Below are positions 52,281 to 61,633 of a DNA stretch of 64,000 nt, piece after piece; position 1 is the stretch's first letter; every line of letters starts with the position of its first letter. Position numbers and translations under genes: made by a program. The notes beneath the pieces are model-generated. The model searched no databases. It was not told the DNA's origin and saw only the letters and a list, made by a program, of their open reading frames with translations. Origin of the DNA: an uncultured Acidobacteriota bacterium (GTDB lineage: Bacteria > Acidobacteriota > Thermoanaerobaculia > Multivoradales > UBA5704); the NCBI GenBank assembly GCA_963770895.1, contig CAVYRF010000001.1, positions 1,792,001-1,856,000 of the forward strand, given 5' to 3'.

Positions 52281-52484
52281 ATGAAGAGTACCCGCCTGCT
52301 GCTGCTCGCAGCGATGCTCACGCTGATCTCGACGGCGAGCTGGACCCGCGCCGAGGCACTGACCTGCACTCAGATGTGCTTCCAGAGCTATGACGAATGT
52401 CTGGCCGGCTGCCGCGGCAACGGCACCTGCCGCCTCATCTGCTTGGATGAGTTGGGTGCCTGCAACCAGAATTGCACCAAGTAG
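52281..52484 (+). CDS. Small secreted Cys-rich protein, (CX3C)4 pattern; paralog of 6425-6649
   Basis: SD ggagga; signal peptide ending AEA; CTQMC-6-CLAGC-RGNGT-CRLIC-6-CNQNC. Confidence 0.85.
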   Translation: MKSTRLLLLAAMLTLISTASWTRAEALTCTQMCFQSYDECLAGCRGNGTCRLICLDELGACNQNCTK

Positions 52485-52496
52485 CGGGACCGGTGC

Positions 52497-52645
52497 CTAC
52501 GGCTTGGCGGTCCGCGGCAAGACGCGGTTGACGAGCTCCTGCAAAAAGGCATTGGAATGCATGAAGACGGCGAAGTGGCCGCCTCCCTGGATGGCATGAA
52601 GGCTTTGCGCGGGGCGTTGATGGCGTCCAGGTAGTGGTCGGCGCC
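52497..52645 (-). pseudogene. C-terminal remnant of an alpha/beta hydrolase
   Basis: YLDAINAPRKAF / frameshift / IQGGGHFAVFMHSNAFLQELVNRVLP resembles the catalytic-His end of alpha/beta hydrolases. Confidence 0.5.
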
Positions 52646-52860
52646 CCGCTTGCTTCTCCCCACTCCAGCAGCCAGGGACGTCTTGGCTTCGGCGATACGA
52701 GCAGGGGTGATGTCCCCAAGGAAGCGCGCGCCAAGCCGATCCGACCACCAGCGAAGTTTCGCCCCTCGCTTGGCCTGCTCCAGGCGTCCGTACTGCGGAA
52801 GGACGTGCACGCGGTACTGCTCGATCAGCTCGTCGAGGGTATGCCGGCGGGCCTCGTTGA
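52646..52860 (-). pseudogene. Tyrosine integrase N-terminal (core-binding) remnant
   Basis: ARRHTLDELIEQYRVHVLP...LRWWSDRLGARFLGDITPARIAEAK, directly next to the duplicated tRNA end. Confidence 0.65.
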
Positions 52861-52863
52861 TTT

Positions 52864-52924
52864 TATTGATGCCCGAGGCGGGGATTCGAACCCGCATGTC
52901 CTTTCGGACGGAAGACTTTAAGAC
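52864..52924 (-). repeat. Duplicated 3' part of tRNA-Leu (att-like site)
   Basis: tattgatgcccgaggcggggattcgaacccgcatgtcctttcggacggaagactttaagac matches 54171-54230 with one extra G and two substitutions; the 5' half of the tRNA is absent. Confidence 0.92.
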
Positions 52925-53243
52925 CCTCCCTGCCCCAAAGACGACAACGACCCGCCACACGTAACCGTATGACACCACAGAACTTCTCCAACGTTGCATT
53001 GTTGAGACGTGTCGGCTCCAATGGCGGAATGTTGTCCCTGTTGCCACTACAGTGCCACTGGTGCAGAGCTCCGTTCGGGGCTGCCGGGCCTGACAGCACC
53101 ATGGTCGCCGGGGCTCGCTGAGTGCCAGACCCTCCATCTCCCTTCCGGCCGGGCAGGACCCGACAGAAAGTCGCCGCCCCTTGAGCTGGCCGAGGGTAAG
53201 CCGGACGCCGCAAACCCTCGCTTCGTCAGGGATGACGAGCACC

Positions 53244-53273
53244 TTGACAAGAGGTACGCCATTGGCGCATGAT
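53244..53273 (+). promoter_or_regulatory. TA operon promoter with palindromic operator
   Basis: TTGACA (53244) -18 nt- CATGAT (53268); inverted repeat tacgcca-t-tggcgca in the spacer. Confidence 0.65.
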
Positions 53274-53280
53274 TCGTTCT

Positions 53281-53598
53281 GTGGTCATCGTTGAAACGAG
53301 GGTCTTTACATCTAGGGTGATCGCCTTGCTCTCTGACGACGACTACAGTTCGCTCCAGTTGGAGCTTCTGAGACGCCCTGCCGCCGGAGCCGTCATTCCC
53401 GGTTCGGGAGGTCTACGGAAGCTCCGGTGGGGCATGACAGGTCGAGGTAAGCGAGGCGGCGCTCGCATCATTTACTACTGGCACGCTCCCTCCTCGCGCC
53501 TGCTGATGCTCTTTGCGTATCCCAAAAACGAGCGAACCGATCTTACGGCGGCTCAGCGTGAAGCTCTCCGTAAGATCGTTGAATCGGAGTACCCATGA
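53281..53598 (+). CDS. higB: Type II toxin, RelE/HigB-2 family
   Basis: VIVETRVF, LSDDDY..LQ, G.VIPGSGGLRKLRW...GRGKRGGARIIYY, LFAYPKNE..DLT; GTG 53281 preferred over ATG 53269, which lies in the -10 box. Confidence 0.9.
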   Translation: MVIVETRVFTSRVIALLSDDDYSSLQLELLRRPAAGAVIPGSGGLRKLRWGMTGRGKRGGARIIYYWHAPSSRLLMLFAYPKNERTDLTAAQREALRKIVESEYP

Positions 53599-53900
53599 GA
53601 AAAGACTTGTTCGATGAGCTCCTGGAGAGCGTGCGCGAAGGCGGAGCAATTCTGCGCGGTGAGAAGGCTGCTTCCCGAGAGTTTATCCTCGAAGATCCAG
53701 ACGTGCGAGGTCTTCGAGAGAGCTATGGCTTGAGCCAGCCGAAATTCGCCGCTCTTCTCGGAATCAGCGTTGGGACTCTACGCAATTGGGAACAGGGGCG
53801 CAGGAGGCCGGAGGGAAGCGCACGAGTTCTCCTGCGGATCGTGGCGAGGCATCCAGACGCCTTGCTCGATATGCCGACCACAAGCCAGAAAGTGCGTTAA
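53595..53900 (+). CDS. higA: Xre-HTH antitoxin, HigA-2/NadS-like
   Basis: ATGA overlap with the toxin stop; LFDELLESVRE, LRESYGLSQPKFAALLGISVGTLRNWEQGRRRPEG. Confidence 0.9.
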   Translation: MRKDLFDELLESVREGGAILRGEKAASREFILEDPDVRGLRESYGLSQPKFAALLGISVGTLRNWEQGRRRPEGSARVLLRIVARHPDALLDMPTTSQKVR

Positions 53901-53946
53901 ATCAGATCGCCCGTGGCATCGCCATCGCCGAACGGGAAGCCGCCTG

Positions 53947-54010
53947 ATCGTCAACGTCGAGGGCGAGGGCTACCGGCTCAAGGAGAAGCGCAAAGCGGGC
54001 CTGCTGACGC
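53947..54010 (+). pseudogene. C-terminal remnant of an IS21-family helper ATPase IstB
   Basis: IVNVEGEGYRLKEKRKAGLL resembles the IstB C-terminus (..I.GESYRLKEKRKAG). Confidence 0.6.
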
Positions 54011-54176
54011 GAAGTGAGCCCTATACGGAGCCCGTGTCCAGTGCAGACGCTGCAACCGATGCGCTGCTCCAAGTAGGCCACGGGGCATGTTTGTCACTGC
54101 CCCAATTCCCCCCCAATTCCTTCAGCAGCGCAAGCCAAGTTCCACCATCGCTGGCACAAGTCTTTGATTCTATTGA

Positions 54177-54259
54177 TGCCCGAGGCGGGATTCGAACCCG
54201 CATGTCCTTTCGGACGGAAGATTTTAAGTCTCCTGCGTCTACCGTTCCGCCACTCGGGC
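54177..54259 (-). tRNA. tRNA-Leu(TAA)
   Basis: GCCCGAG acceptor stem, TGGCGGAACGGTAGACGC D-arm, GGAGA-CTTAAAA-TCTTC anticodon arm, long variable arm GTCC-GAAA-GGAC, GGTTCGAATCC T-loop; followed by TCA, not CCA. Confidence 0.95.
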
Positions 54260-54520
54260 GCTGGTGGATTGTAGGGCCGCCAGGGGTTGAGGGGTGACGT
54301 GCCCTGCTCCTGCCGATTCTAGCCTTGCAGCGTTGCCGCGACGGCCGCACCGCTTGACGCTGGCGCCGGGTGGGGGATGTCGCCTCAGGAGCCCCCTGTT
54401 GCGGGGCGGGGCCGATTGTGATCCGCTGGCGCGTGCGGCACGCTTCGGCGCGCGTTGCCGGCGGCTGGTGCGCGGGTGCAGCGGCGCAAAGTGGCAGGCG
54501 CCATCAGGGAGGGTCGGCTT

Positions 54521-54892
54521 TTGATCCAGCATATCCGTCAGCCGGCGGTGGTGCAGTCGGCCGGCAACAAGCCCAAACGGATCGAAGAGTTCATCGGCGG
54601 CGTCAACACTGGCACCGCTGGCGTCAGCATCGCCCGCATGCGCAGTCCGGGCGGCTGGGTCGAACCGGGCCAGCGCCCCGACTTCGACGAATACACCGTC
54701 GTGCTCTCCGGCCTGCTGCGGGTGCAGAGCGCGGAAGGCTCGGTCGACGTGCGCGCCGGCGAGGCTGTGATCGTGCCCAGGCACACGTGGATCCAGTATT
54801 CGACCCCCGAGGCGGAAGGCGCCGAATACATCGCGGTCTGTCTGCCGGCGTTTTCGCCCAACACGGTGCATCGCGACGACGGCCCGGCGTGA
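54521..54892 (+). CDS. Cupin-domain protein
   Basis: SD gggagg with TTG start; AGNKPKRIEEFIG, GWVEPGQRPDFDEYTVVLSG, YSTP...GAEYIAVCLPAFSP. Confidence 0.88.
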   Translation: MIQHIRQPAVVQSAGNKPKRIEEFIGGVNTGTAGVSIARMRSPGGWVEPGQRPDFDEYTVVLSGLLRVQSAEGSVDVRAGEAVIVPRHTWIQYSTPEAEGAEYIAVCLPAFSPNTVHRDDGPA

Positions 54893-54964
54893 GGCCGGCC
54901 AGCCGTCAAAAAACGGGCCGTACGCGTCAGCGGCCGGCGCTGAGGTAGCGGCGGCCCTGAGGCG

Positions 54965-54987
54965 GGGGGACGGGCCGCCCGTCCCCC
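54965..54987 (+). terminator. Hairpin downstream of the cupin gene
   Basis: gggggacggg-ccg-cccgtccccc perfect inverted repeat. Confidence 0.45.
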
Positions 54988-55149
54988 CTGCGAGCTGTCG
55001 CGCGAGGCCGGTTTCCCATCCCCCAGGGCCACCCAGGTAATGCCGCCGGCGGGCTTCGCCTGGAAACTGGACTGACAGGGCCGCTTTGTGCACTCCTACT
55101 AGCGTGAGGGGCGACGATATTCTCCTATTGGCATAGGCCCATCGGCTGG

Positions 55150-58100
55150 GTGACCATGCGAGGTTCGATGGAAGAGTTTGCGGACATGGTGGATGTGGAG
55201 CCCGCGACCGCGCTGGGGGTCTGCGAGCCTGGGGCGGCCGGGGCGCGGCAGGCCCTGACCGGCAGCGATGGGTGGACGGAGGCGATCGAAGAGATCGTCG
55301 GCGGCGTGTGGTGTGAGCTGCTGGCACGGGACGTGATCGGTCCGGATCAGGATCTGGGTGAGCCGGGCGGCGGCTCCGCCGTGGCGGTGCGGGCGGCAGC
55401 GCTGCTGGGCGAGGTGTTTGGGGTCGACCTGGCGCGGTGTGCCCTGGGCGCCGGGGCGACGGTCGGCAGTGTGGCGGCGCGGATCGTCGCGGCGCTGCGC
55501 GATGCGGCGGGGGAGCCGCTGCCGCGGTTGCAGCCGGCTCTGCGCGATCGGCCGCTGCCGGCGTCGGCAGCGCAGCAACGGCTGTGGATGCTCGCCCAGC
55601 TGGATCGCGGCGGCCCGGCTTGCAACGCGGCCGTGGCCCTGGCACTGCGGGGACCGCTGGCGCTGCCGGCGCTTGCGGGGGCGCTTGCCGAGCTGGTGCG
55701 GCGGCATGATGGGTTGCGCGCGACGTTTTCGATGGAGCAGGAGGGCCTGGTGCAGACGGTGGCACCGGCCGCGCCGGCGGCCTTGTCGGTGCCAGCGGTC
55801 CTGCCGGTGCCGGCGGCGCTGCCGGTCGTAGATCTGAGCGCCCTGCCGCACGCAGCCGGCGCCGCCGAGGCCGGCCGCGTGTGCCGCGGTGAGAGCCGCC
55901 GGCGGTTCGACCTGACCCGCGGGCCGCTGCTGCGTTCGGTGCTGCTGCGCAGCGGGATCGCGGACCACCTGCTGTTGGTCGTGCTGGATCGCACGATCTG
56001 CGATGCCGGGTCAAAGGCGGTCCTGCTGGGCGAGCTTGGCGACCTGTACAACGGTCTGCGGCGAGGGTGCCGGGAGCTGCTGCCGCCGCCGCTGCGCGTG
56101 CAGGCTGCCGACGTCGCCTGGCGCGAGCGCCTGTGGCTGGCGGGCGACGCGGCGGCAGGCCACCGGGCCTTTTGGCGGCGGCAGCTGGCGGGACTGCCGA
56201 CAGTGCTCGATCTGCCCTTCGACCGGCCACGGCCGGCGGCCCGGCGGTGGCATCGCGGCGCCGCGCGCCCAGTGGTGCTGGCGGCGCCGGCGGTGGCGGG
56301 GATCCGGCGGCTCGCCCGGCGGCAGCAGGCCGCTTCGTGCATGGTGTGGCTGGCGGCTTTCCAGGTGCTGCTGGCGCGCTATGCCGGCCAGGACGACGTC
56401 GCCGTCGGAGTGCCGACCGCCGGGCGTGGCGACGCCGACGTGGCGCGGCTGATCGGGGTGTTCGACAACACCCTGGCCGTGCGCACCCGCCTGGGTGCGA
56501 CGTCGACGTTCGAGCAGGTCGTCGCCGGCGCGCGGCAGGCGGTGGTGGCGGCCTTCGCGCACCGGGACCTCCCGTTCGCGCAGGTGATCCAGGCGGTGCA
56601 GCCGCGGCGCAGTCTGCGGCACGCGCCGCTGTGCCAGGTGCGCTTCGCCCTGCAGAGCGTCGCGCCGGTGGCGCCGGCGCTCTCCGGCCTGGCGGTGCGC
56701 GCTGTCGGGATGGACGACCCCACGGGCGCGCGGCAGCGGGAACACCATCACGACAGCGACAGCGAGGCCGTGTGCCACGACGGGTACGACCTGGGGTGGA
56801 CCTTGGGCGCCCAGGCTGACGGCTGCGGCTGGTTGTCGTTTGATGCCGACCTGTTCGATGCTGCCACCATCGGGCGGCTGGCGCATCACCTGGCGGTCCT
56901 GGTGGAGGGCGCGGTCGCCGCGCCCGCGACCGGCTGGCGGGACCTGCCGCTGCTGGCGCCGGCGGAGCTGCACCAGCTGCGCCATGCCTGGAACGACACC
57001 GAGCGGCGCCCGCTGCCGGCGCCGGCCGGGGTGTTCGAACGTTTCCGCGTCCAGGCCGCCGCCGATCCCGGCCGGGTGGCGCTGGAGTGGGCGGGGGAGC
57101 GCCTGACCTACCAGGAGCTGAATCGGCGTGCCGCGGCCGCCGCCGCCGCCCTGTGCGCCAGGGGAGCCGGCCCCGGCGGCCTGGCGGCAATCTTCCTGGA
57201 GCGCTCGGCGTGGCTGGCCGCGGCCTTCCTGGGCGCCCTCGCGGCGGGGTGCGCGTGGGTGGTGCTGGACCCCGATCACCCGCCGGAGCGGCAGCGCCTG
57301 CTGGTGGCGGAAGCGCGGCCGCGGTGGCTCCTCACCACGCGGGACCTGATTGCACGCGGGCCTACGGCGGCGGGCGAGCCGATCGTGCTCGACGACCTGG
57401 AGCTGGCGGGTGAGGCCGCCAAAATCGCTAGGGCAGCCGCAGCCGCTGCGACCACGGCCGCTGCGACCACGACCGCTTCGACCACGACCGCTTCGACCAC
57501 AACCGCCGCGATCACGACCCCTGCGACGACGACCGCTGCGACGACGCCAGCTGCGACCACTCTATCTGCGACCACGACCGCCGCGGGGCCGACCGACCTG
57601 GCATACCTGGTGTACACGTCCGGCTCGACCGGCAGCCCCAAGGGGGTGCTGACGCCGCGCGGCGGCGTCGAAAGCTACCTGGCCTACCTGCGAGACGCCT
57701 GGGGGCTGGGCGCTGCGGACGTGGTGTTGCAGCTGGCGGCGCCGACGTTCGATGCGTCGGTGCGCGATCTGCTGGGGCCGCTGACCGCCGGTGGGCGCGT
57801 CGTCCTGCCCACGGCCGAGCAGGCCAGGGACCCGCGCGCGCTGATCGCGCTGCTCGCGGCCAGCCGGGCGACCTGCCTGCTCAGCGTCGTGCCGACGCTG
57901 CTGGCATCGCTCCTGGATGCCGCCGAAAGCACCGGCGTCATCTGCCGCTCGGTGCGCCTCATCCTGGTCAGCGGCGAGCGCTTTCCGGCGCCGCTTGCCG
58001 CCCGCGCCCGCGCGGTATTCGGCGCCGGGGTGCGGCTGGTCAACCAGTTCGGACCGACCGAGTGCACCATGACGTCGACGTTCCACCGGCTGGCGGCGGC

Positions 58101-60075
58101 GATGCCGGGCGACGGTGGCGGCCAGGTGGCCATCGGCTTCCCAATCCCCAACGCCCGCGTCCACGTGCTGGATGCGGCGCTGCGATTGCAGCCGATCGGC
58201 GTGACGGGCGGGATCCACATCGGCGGCGCCGGACTGGCCTGGGGCTATCTGGCCAAGCCGGACGCCACGGCGGAGCGATTCCTGCCCGATCCGTTCGCCG
58301 TCGAGCCCGGCTCGCGCCTGTATGCCACCGGCGACCTGGGCCGGCGCCGCGCCGACGGCACGCTCGACTTCCTGGGACGCACCGACCAGCAGCTCAAGCT
58401 GCGCGGCGTGCGCGTCGAACCGGGCGAGATCGAGGCCGTGCTGGCAAGCCATCCGCTGGTCAGCCGGGCGGCGGTGGTGGCGCGCGACGGCGGCCAGCGG
58501 CTGGTCGCCTTTGCCGTTCTGGCCAGCGGTCCGGCGAACGCGGTAACCGCCGGCGGTGCCGTCGCGACCGCGATCGCTTCTTCGGCGGCCGCCGCCGTCA
58601 GGGACCCTGCTGCCGCCGGCGCCGCCGGCACCGCTGGCACCGCAGCTGTCGTGGCCGGCGCGCTGCGGGAGCACCTGCGCGCGCGCCTGCCGGAATCCAT
58701 GGTGCCGGCGCCGATCGTGATCCTGGACACGTTGCCGCTGACCGCCACCGGCAAGGTGGACCGCCGGGCGCTTCCCGATCCCGACGATTTCGGTCTGGAT
58801 CCGGACGATGCGGAGCGCGATCCCGCGTCCGGCGGCGCCCAGGCGCCGCGGTCGCCGCTCGAGCTGCGGCTGGTGCGGATCTGGGAGGACCTGCTGGCGG
58901 TGCGGCCGATCGGCATCGCCGACGACTTCTTCGACCTGGGCGGCGACTCGCAGCTGGCCGTCCGGCTGGTGGCCGAACTACGCCGCCAGCTTGGGCGCGA
59001 CCTGCCCCTGGCGGCGCTCTTTGCGGGGCCTACCGTGGAGCGGCTGGCGTGGCACCTCGATGAGAGCGCGGCGCCGCTGTCGTCGTCGTCAGCGGCGCCG
59101 CTGGTGCTGTTGCAGCCGCACGGCGCCGGGCCGCCGCTGTTCTGCGTGCATCCCGCGGGCGGCAACGTCCGCTGCTACGTCGACCTGGCATATCACCTGG
59201 GCGAGGATCGCCGCGTGTTCGCCTTGGAGATGCCCGGTCCCGGCCCTGGCTCCGCCGGTCTCGGCTCTGCCGGCATCAGTCCGACCGGGGCGGTCGGCGC
59301 GATGGGGGCGGCGGCCGCAGCCGGCACGGCCGGCGCGGCCGGCAATGGGGCGCCGCCGGAGTCGGTGGAGGAGATGGCGGCGCGCTACGTGGCCGCCGTC
59401 CGCGCAGCGCAACCGGCGGGACCTCACCGGTTGGCCGGCTGGTCCTTCGGCGGCCTGGTCGCCCTGGAGATGGCCCGGCAGCTGCGCGCCGCCGGCGGCG
59501 AGGTAGCGTGGCTGTGGCTGTTCGATACCGTTCGCCAGCGCGACGGCTGGGCCCCCGACGACGAAGAAGAGCTGCTGGCGTGCGCCCTGGGCGAGGACCT
59601 GGGCAGCGAGCCCGACGCCATGCGCGCCCACGCCGCCACCGGCACGGCCGAGCTGGAGGCCTGGCTGGCGGAGCGCTACCGGCAGGCGGCGCTGGTGCCG
59701 CCAGGCTTCGGCGCGGCGCAGGCGCACGCCTATCTGGCGCGGCGCCGGGCGCATGCCCATGCCGCGAACCGCTACCGGCCGCGCCCCTACGGCGGCAGGA
59801 TCACCCTTTTCTGGGCACGCGACAGGCCCGGCCGCGAGCCTCACGATGCGTGGCGGGAGTGGGAGGAGCTGGCGGCAGGAGACCTGGAGGTGATCGAGGT
59901 GCCGGGCCGGCACGAGACCATCCTGCGCCGCCCGGCGGTCGCGACCGTGGCCGGCCTGCTGCGACAGCGGCTGAAAAGGTCGGACGGCCTGGACCAGGCG
60001 GACCGCCAGGACTGCCCGGACCGGCAGAACCGGCAGCACGGGCTGGAGCGGCTGGGCCGCCAGAACCCATCCTGA
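55150..60075 (+). CDS. Single-module NRPS: degenerate T - degenerate C - A - T - TE
   Basis: GGGSAVA T-like start; C domain with LDRTICDAGS in place of HHxxxDG; YTSGSTGSPKG; NQFGPTE; LGGDSQL; GWSFG TE. Confidence 0.92.
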   Translation: MTMRGSMEEFADMVDVEPATALGVCEPGAAGARQALTGSDGWTEAIEEIVGGVWCELLARDVIGPDQDLGEPGGGSAVAVRAAALLGEVFGVDLARCALGAGATVGSVAARIVAALRDAAGEPLPRLQPALRDRPLPASAAQQRLWMLAQLDRGGPACNAAVALALRGPLALPALAGALAELVRRHDGLRATFSMEQEGLVQTVAPAAPAALSVPAVLPVPAALPVVDLSALPHAAGAAEAGRVCRGESRRRFDLTRGPLLRSVLLRSGIADHLLLVVLDRTICDAGSKAVLLGELGDLYNGLRRGCRELLPPPLRVQAADVAWRERLWLAGDAAAGHRAFWRRQLAGLPTVLDLPFDRPRPAARRWHRGAARPVVLAAPAVAGIRRLARRQQAASCMVWLAAFQVLLARYAGQDDVAVGVPTAGRGDADVARLIGVFDNTLAVRTRLGATSTFEQVVAGARQAVVAAFAHRDLPFAQVIQAVQPRRSLRHAPLCQVRFALQSVAPVAPALSGLAVRAVGMDDPTGARQREHHHDSDSEAVCHDGYDLGWTLGAQADGCGWLSFDADLFDAATIGRLAHHLAVLVEGAVAAPATGWRDLPLLAPAELHQLRHAWNDTERRPLPAPAGVFERFRVQAAADPGRVALEWAGERLTYQELNRRAAAAAAALCARGAGPGGLAAIFLERSAWLAAAFLGALAAGCAWVVLDPDHPPERQRLLVAEARPRWLLTTRDLIARGPTAAGEPIVLDDLELAGEAAKIARAAAAAATTAAATTTASTTTASTTTAAITTPATTTAATTPAATTLSATTTAAGPTDLAYLVYTSGSTGSPKGVLTPRGGVESYLAYLRDAWGLGAADVVLQLAAPTFDASVRDLLGPLTAGGRVVLPTAEQARDPRALIALLAASRATCLLSVVPTLLASLLDAAESTGVICRSVRLILVSGERFPAPLAARARAVFGAGVRLVNQFGPTECTMTSTFHRLAAAMPGDGGGQVAIGFPIPNARVHVLDAALRLQPIGVTGGIHIGGAGLAWGYLAKPDATAERFLPDPFAVEPGSRLYATGDLGRRRADGTLDFLGRTDQQLKLRGVRVEPGEIEAVLASHPLVSRAAVVARDGGQRLVAFAVLASGPANAVTAGGAVATAIASSAAAAVRDPAAAGAAGTAGTAAVVAGALREHLRARLPESMVPAPIVILDTLPLTATGKVDRRALPDPDDFGLDPDDAERDPASGGAQAPRSPLELRLVRIWEDLLAVRPIGIADDFFDLGGDSQLAVRLVAELRRQLGRDLPLAALFAGPTVERLAWHLDESAAPLSSSSAAPLVLLQPHGAGPPLFCVHPAGGNVRCYVDLAYHLGEDRRVFALEMPGPGPGSAGLGSAGISPTGAVGAMGAAAAAGTAGAAGNGAPPESVEEMAARYVAAVRAAQPAGPHRLAGWSFGGLVALEMARQLRAAGGEVAWLWLFDTVRQRDGWAPDDEEELLACALGEDLGSEPDAMRAHAATGTAELEAWLAERYRQAALVPPGFGAAQAHAYLARRRAHAHAANRYRPRPYGGRITLFWARDRPGREPHDAWREWEELAAGDLEVIEVPGRHETILRRPAVATVAGLLRQRLKRSDGLDQADRQDCPDRQNRQHGLERLGRQNPS
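57445..57579 (+). repeat. Nine degenerate 15-bp tandem units (gctgcgaccacgacc) encoding AATTT repeats
   Basis: Read directly; in frame, just before the A3 motif LAYLVYTSGS. Confidence 0.85.
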
Positions 60076-60131
60076 CCATCTGGCATATGGGTTCATGGGT
60101 TACAGCAAGTCTTCGCCCTGGTGGTGTTGCA

Positions 60132-60707
60132 ATGCCCGCTGGTTCACAACCTGACTCACCGTTCCGCCGGACCCCGGCGGCGGCAGTGGCCAGGAGTGGC
60201 GCCGCGGGCGGCGCCTGGTATTCGGCTAGCGGCCGGCATCGCTACCTTTTGTGGCGCACGCTCAGGGTCGGCGTGGCCAGGCCGCGGTTGCTGCTGATCG
60301 TTGGGATGAATCCTTCGACAGCGACCGAAGACGTCGACGACCCGACCGTCTGCCGCTGCCGTGCGCGCGCCGCTTCCATGGGCTTCGACGGCCTGTTGAT
60401 CGCCAACCTTTTTGCCTATCGCGCCACGGATCCCGCCAGGCTCAGGTCTGTCAAGGATCCGGTGGGGGAGGCGAACGACCACACTCTTCGGCTGGCCGCC
60501 GGCGTCGCCGCCATGATCCTGTGCGCCTGGGGCGTGCATCGCGCCGGCAGGGTCCGCGCGGAGCAGGTCCTGCACATCCTGCGCGGGCGGCCGCTGCACG
60601 TGTTCGGCTTGACGGCGGGCGGCCATCCGAGGCATCCCCTGTACCTGCCCGCGTCGGCGCGGCCGGTGCGATGGCAGCCGCAGCCCCATCCGCCCGCGGG
60701 AGACTAG
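60132..60707 (+). CDS. DUF1643-family protein
   Basis: S.SGRHRYLLWR, IVGMNPSTA...DDPT, NLFAYRATDP, CAWG, T..GHPRHPLY. Confidence 0.85.
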   Translation: MPAGSQPDSPFRRTPAAAVARSGAAGGAWYSASGRHRYLLWRTLRVGVARPRLLLIVGMNPSTATEDVDDPTVCRCRARAASMGFDGLLIANLFAYRATDPARLRSVKDPVGEANDHTLRLAAGVAAMILCAWGVHRAGRVRAEQVLHILRGRPLHVFGLTAGGHPRHPLYLPASARPVRWQPQPHPPAGD

Positions 60708-60740
60708 ATCCCCCGCAGGTCCCTTGCGGCGCGTTTGCCG

Positions 60741-61631
60741 TCAAAGGGCAGGGCGGCAGCGCAGGCAGTCGCGGATCACGGCCAGGGCGGTGTCCAGCTC
60801 GGGAGGCGCCAGCTGCAGCCGCGGTGGGCGCACGGTGGGGGTGCCGGCGCCGACCTCGGTCTGGACCAGCTTGATCAGCTGCACGAACTTGGGCACGACG
60901 TCCAGGCGCAGCAGCGGCAGAAACCACTGGTACAGGGCCTGTGCCTCGGCGTGGCGGCCGGCGATGGCGAGATCGAACAGGCGCACCGACTCGGCGGGCA
61001 GCGCGTCGACCAGGCCGGCGATCCAGCCGACGGCGCCGGCGGCAATTCCTTCCACGATCAGGTCGTCGACGCCCATGAAGATGGCTAGGCGATCGCCGAG
61101 CAGGGCGCGCAGGGCGGTCACGCGCCGCACGTCGCCGGTCGATTCCTTGACCGCTTGCAGGTTCGTCAGGTCGCACAGGTCCGCCATGCCCTCGGGGTGC
61201 ACGTCGGTGCGATACGCGATGGGATTGTTGTACAGCATGCAGGGCAGCGGCGTGGCGCCGATCACGGCGCGAAAGTGCGCCGCCGTTTCGCGGTCGTCGC
61301 CGACGTAGAGGTAGGGCGGCAGCACCATCAGGCCGTCGCAGCCGGCCGCGGCGGCATCGCGCGCCAGGGTCACGGCGCCGGCGGTCGACAGCGCCGCCAC
61401 GCCCGCGACCAGCGGCGTCGCGGCGCCGGCGGCCTCGCGGCAGGCTGCCAGCACCGCCAGCTTTTCGTCGTGGCTCAGCGTCGCGCCCTCGCCGAGCGAG
61501 CCCAGGGGGACGATGCCCCGGCATCCCTGCTCGACCAGCCAGCGAACCTGGCGGCGCAGCATGTCCAGGTCCAACGACAGGTCGGGATGGAAAGGTGTGG
61601 TGATGGCGGCAAACACGCCTCGCCATTGCAT
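60741..61631 (-). CDS. DHDPS-family protein, probable 1-pyrroline-4-hydroxy-2-carboxylate deaminase
   Basis: WRGVFAAITTPF, GSLGEGATL, LMVLPPY, MLYNNP, AVKESTGDVRR, PKFVQLIKL. Confidence 0.88.
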   Translation of the reverse strand: MQWRGVFAAITTPFHPDLSLDLDMLRRQVRWLVEQGCRGIVPLGSLGEGATLSHDEKLAVLAACREAAGAATPLVAGVAALSTAGAVTLARDAAAAGCDGLMVLPPYLYVGDDRETAAHFRAVIGATPLPCMLYNNPIAYRTDVHPEGMADLCDLTNLQAVKESTGDVRRVTALRALLGDRLAIFMGVDDLIVEGIAAGAVGWIAGLVDALPAESVRLFDLAIAGRHAEAQALYQWFLPLLRLDVVPKFVQLIKLVQTEVGAGTPTVRPPRLQLAPPELDTALAVIRDCLRCRPAL

Positions 61632-61633
61632 GG

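Larger units (their letters stand above)
52864..54230. mobile_element. Degenerate integrative element at tRNA-Leu carrying a TA module
   Basis: Bounded by the tRNA 3' end and its duplicate; contains the toxin/antitoxin pair and an IstB fragment. Confidence 0.7.

Noticed and set aside
52864-52960. Second complete tRNA-Leu gene
   Set aside because: Similarity ends at the anticodon loop; no D-arm or 5' acceptor strand
57445-57579. CRISPR array
   Set aside because: Contiguous 15-bp coding units with no spacers and no cas genes
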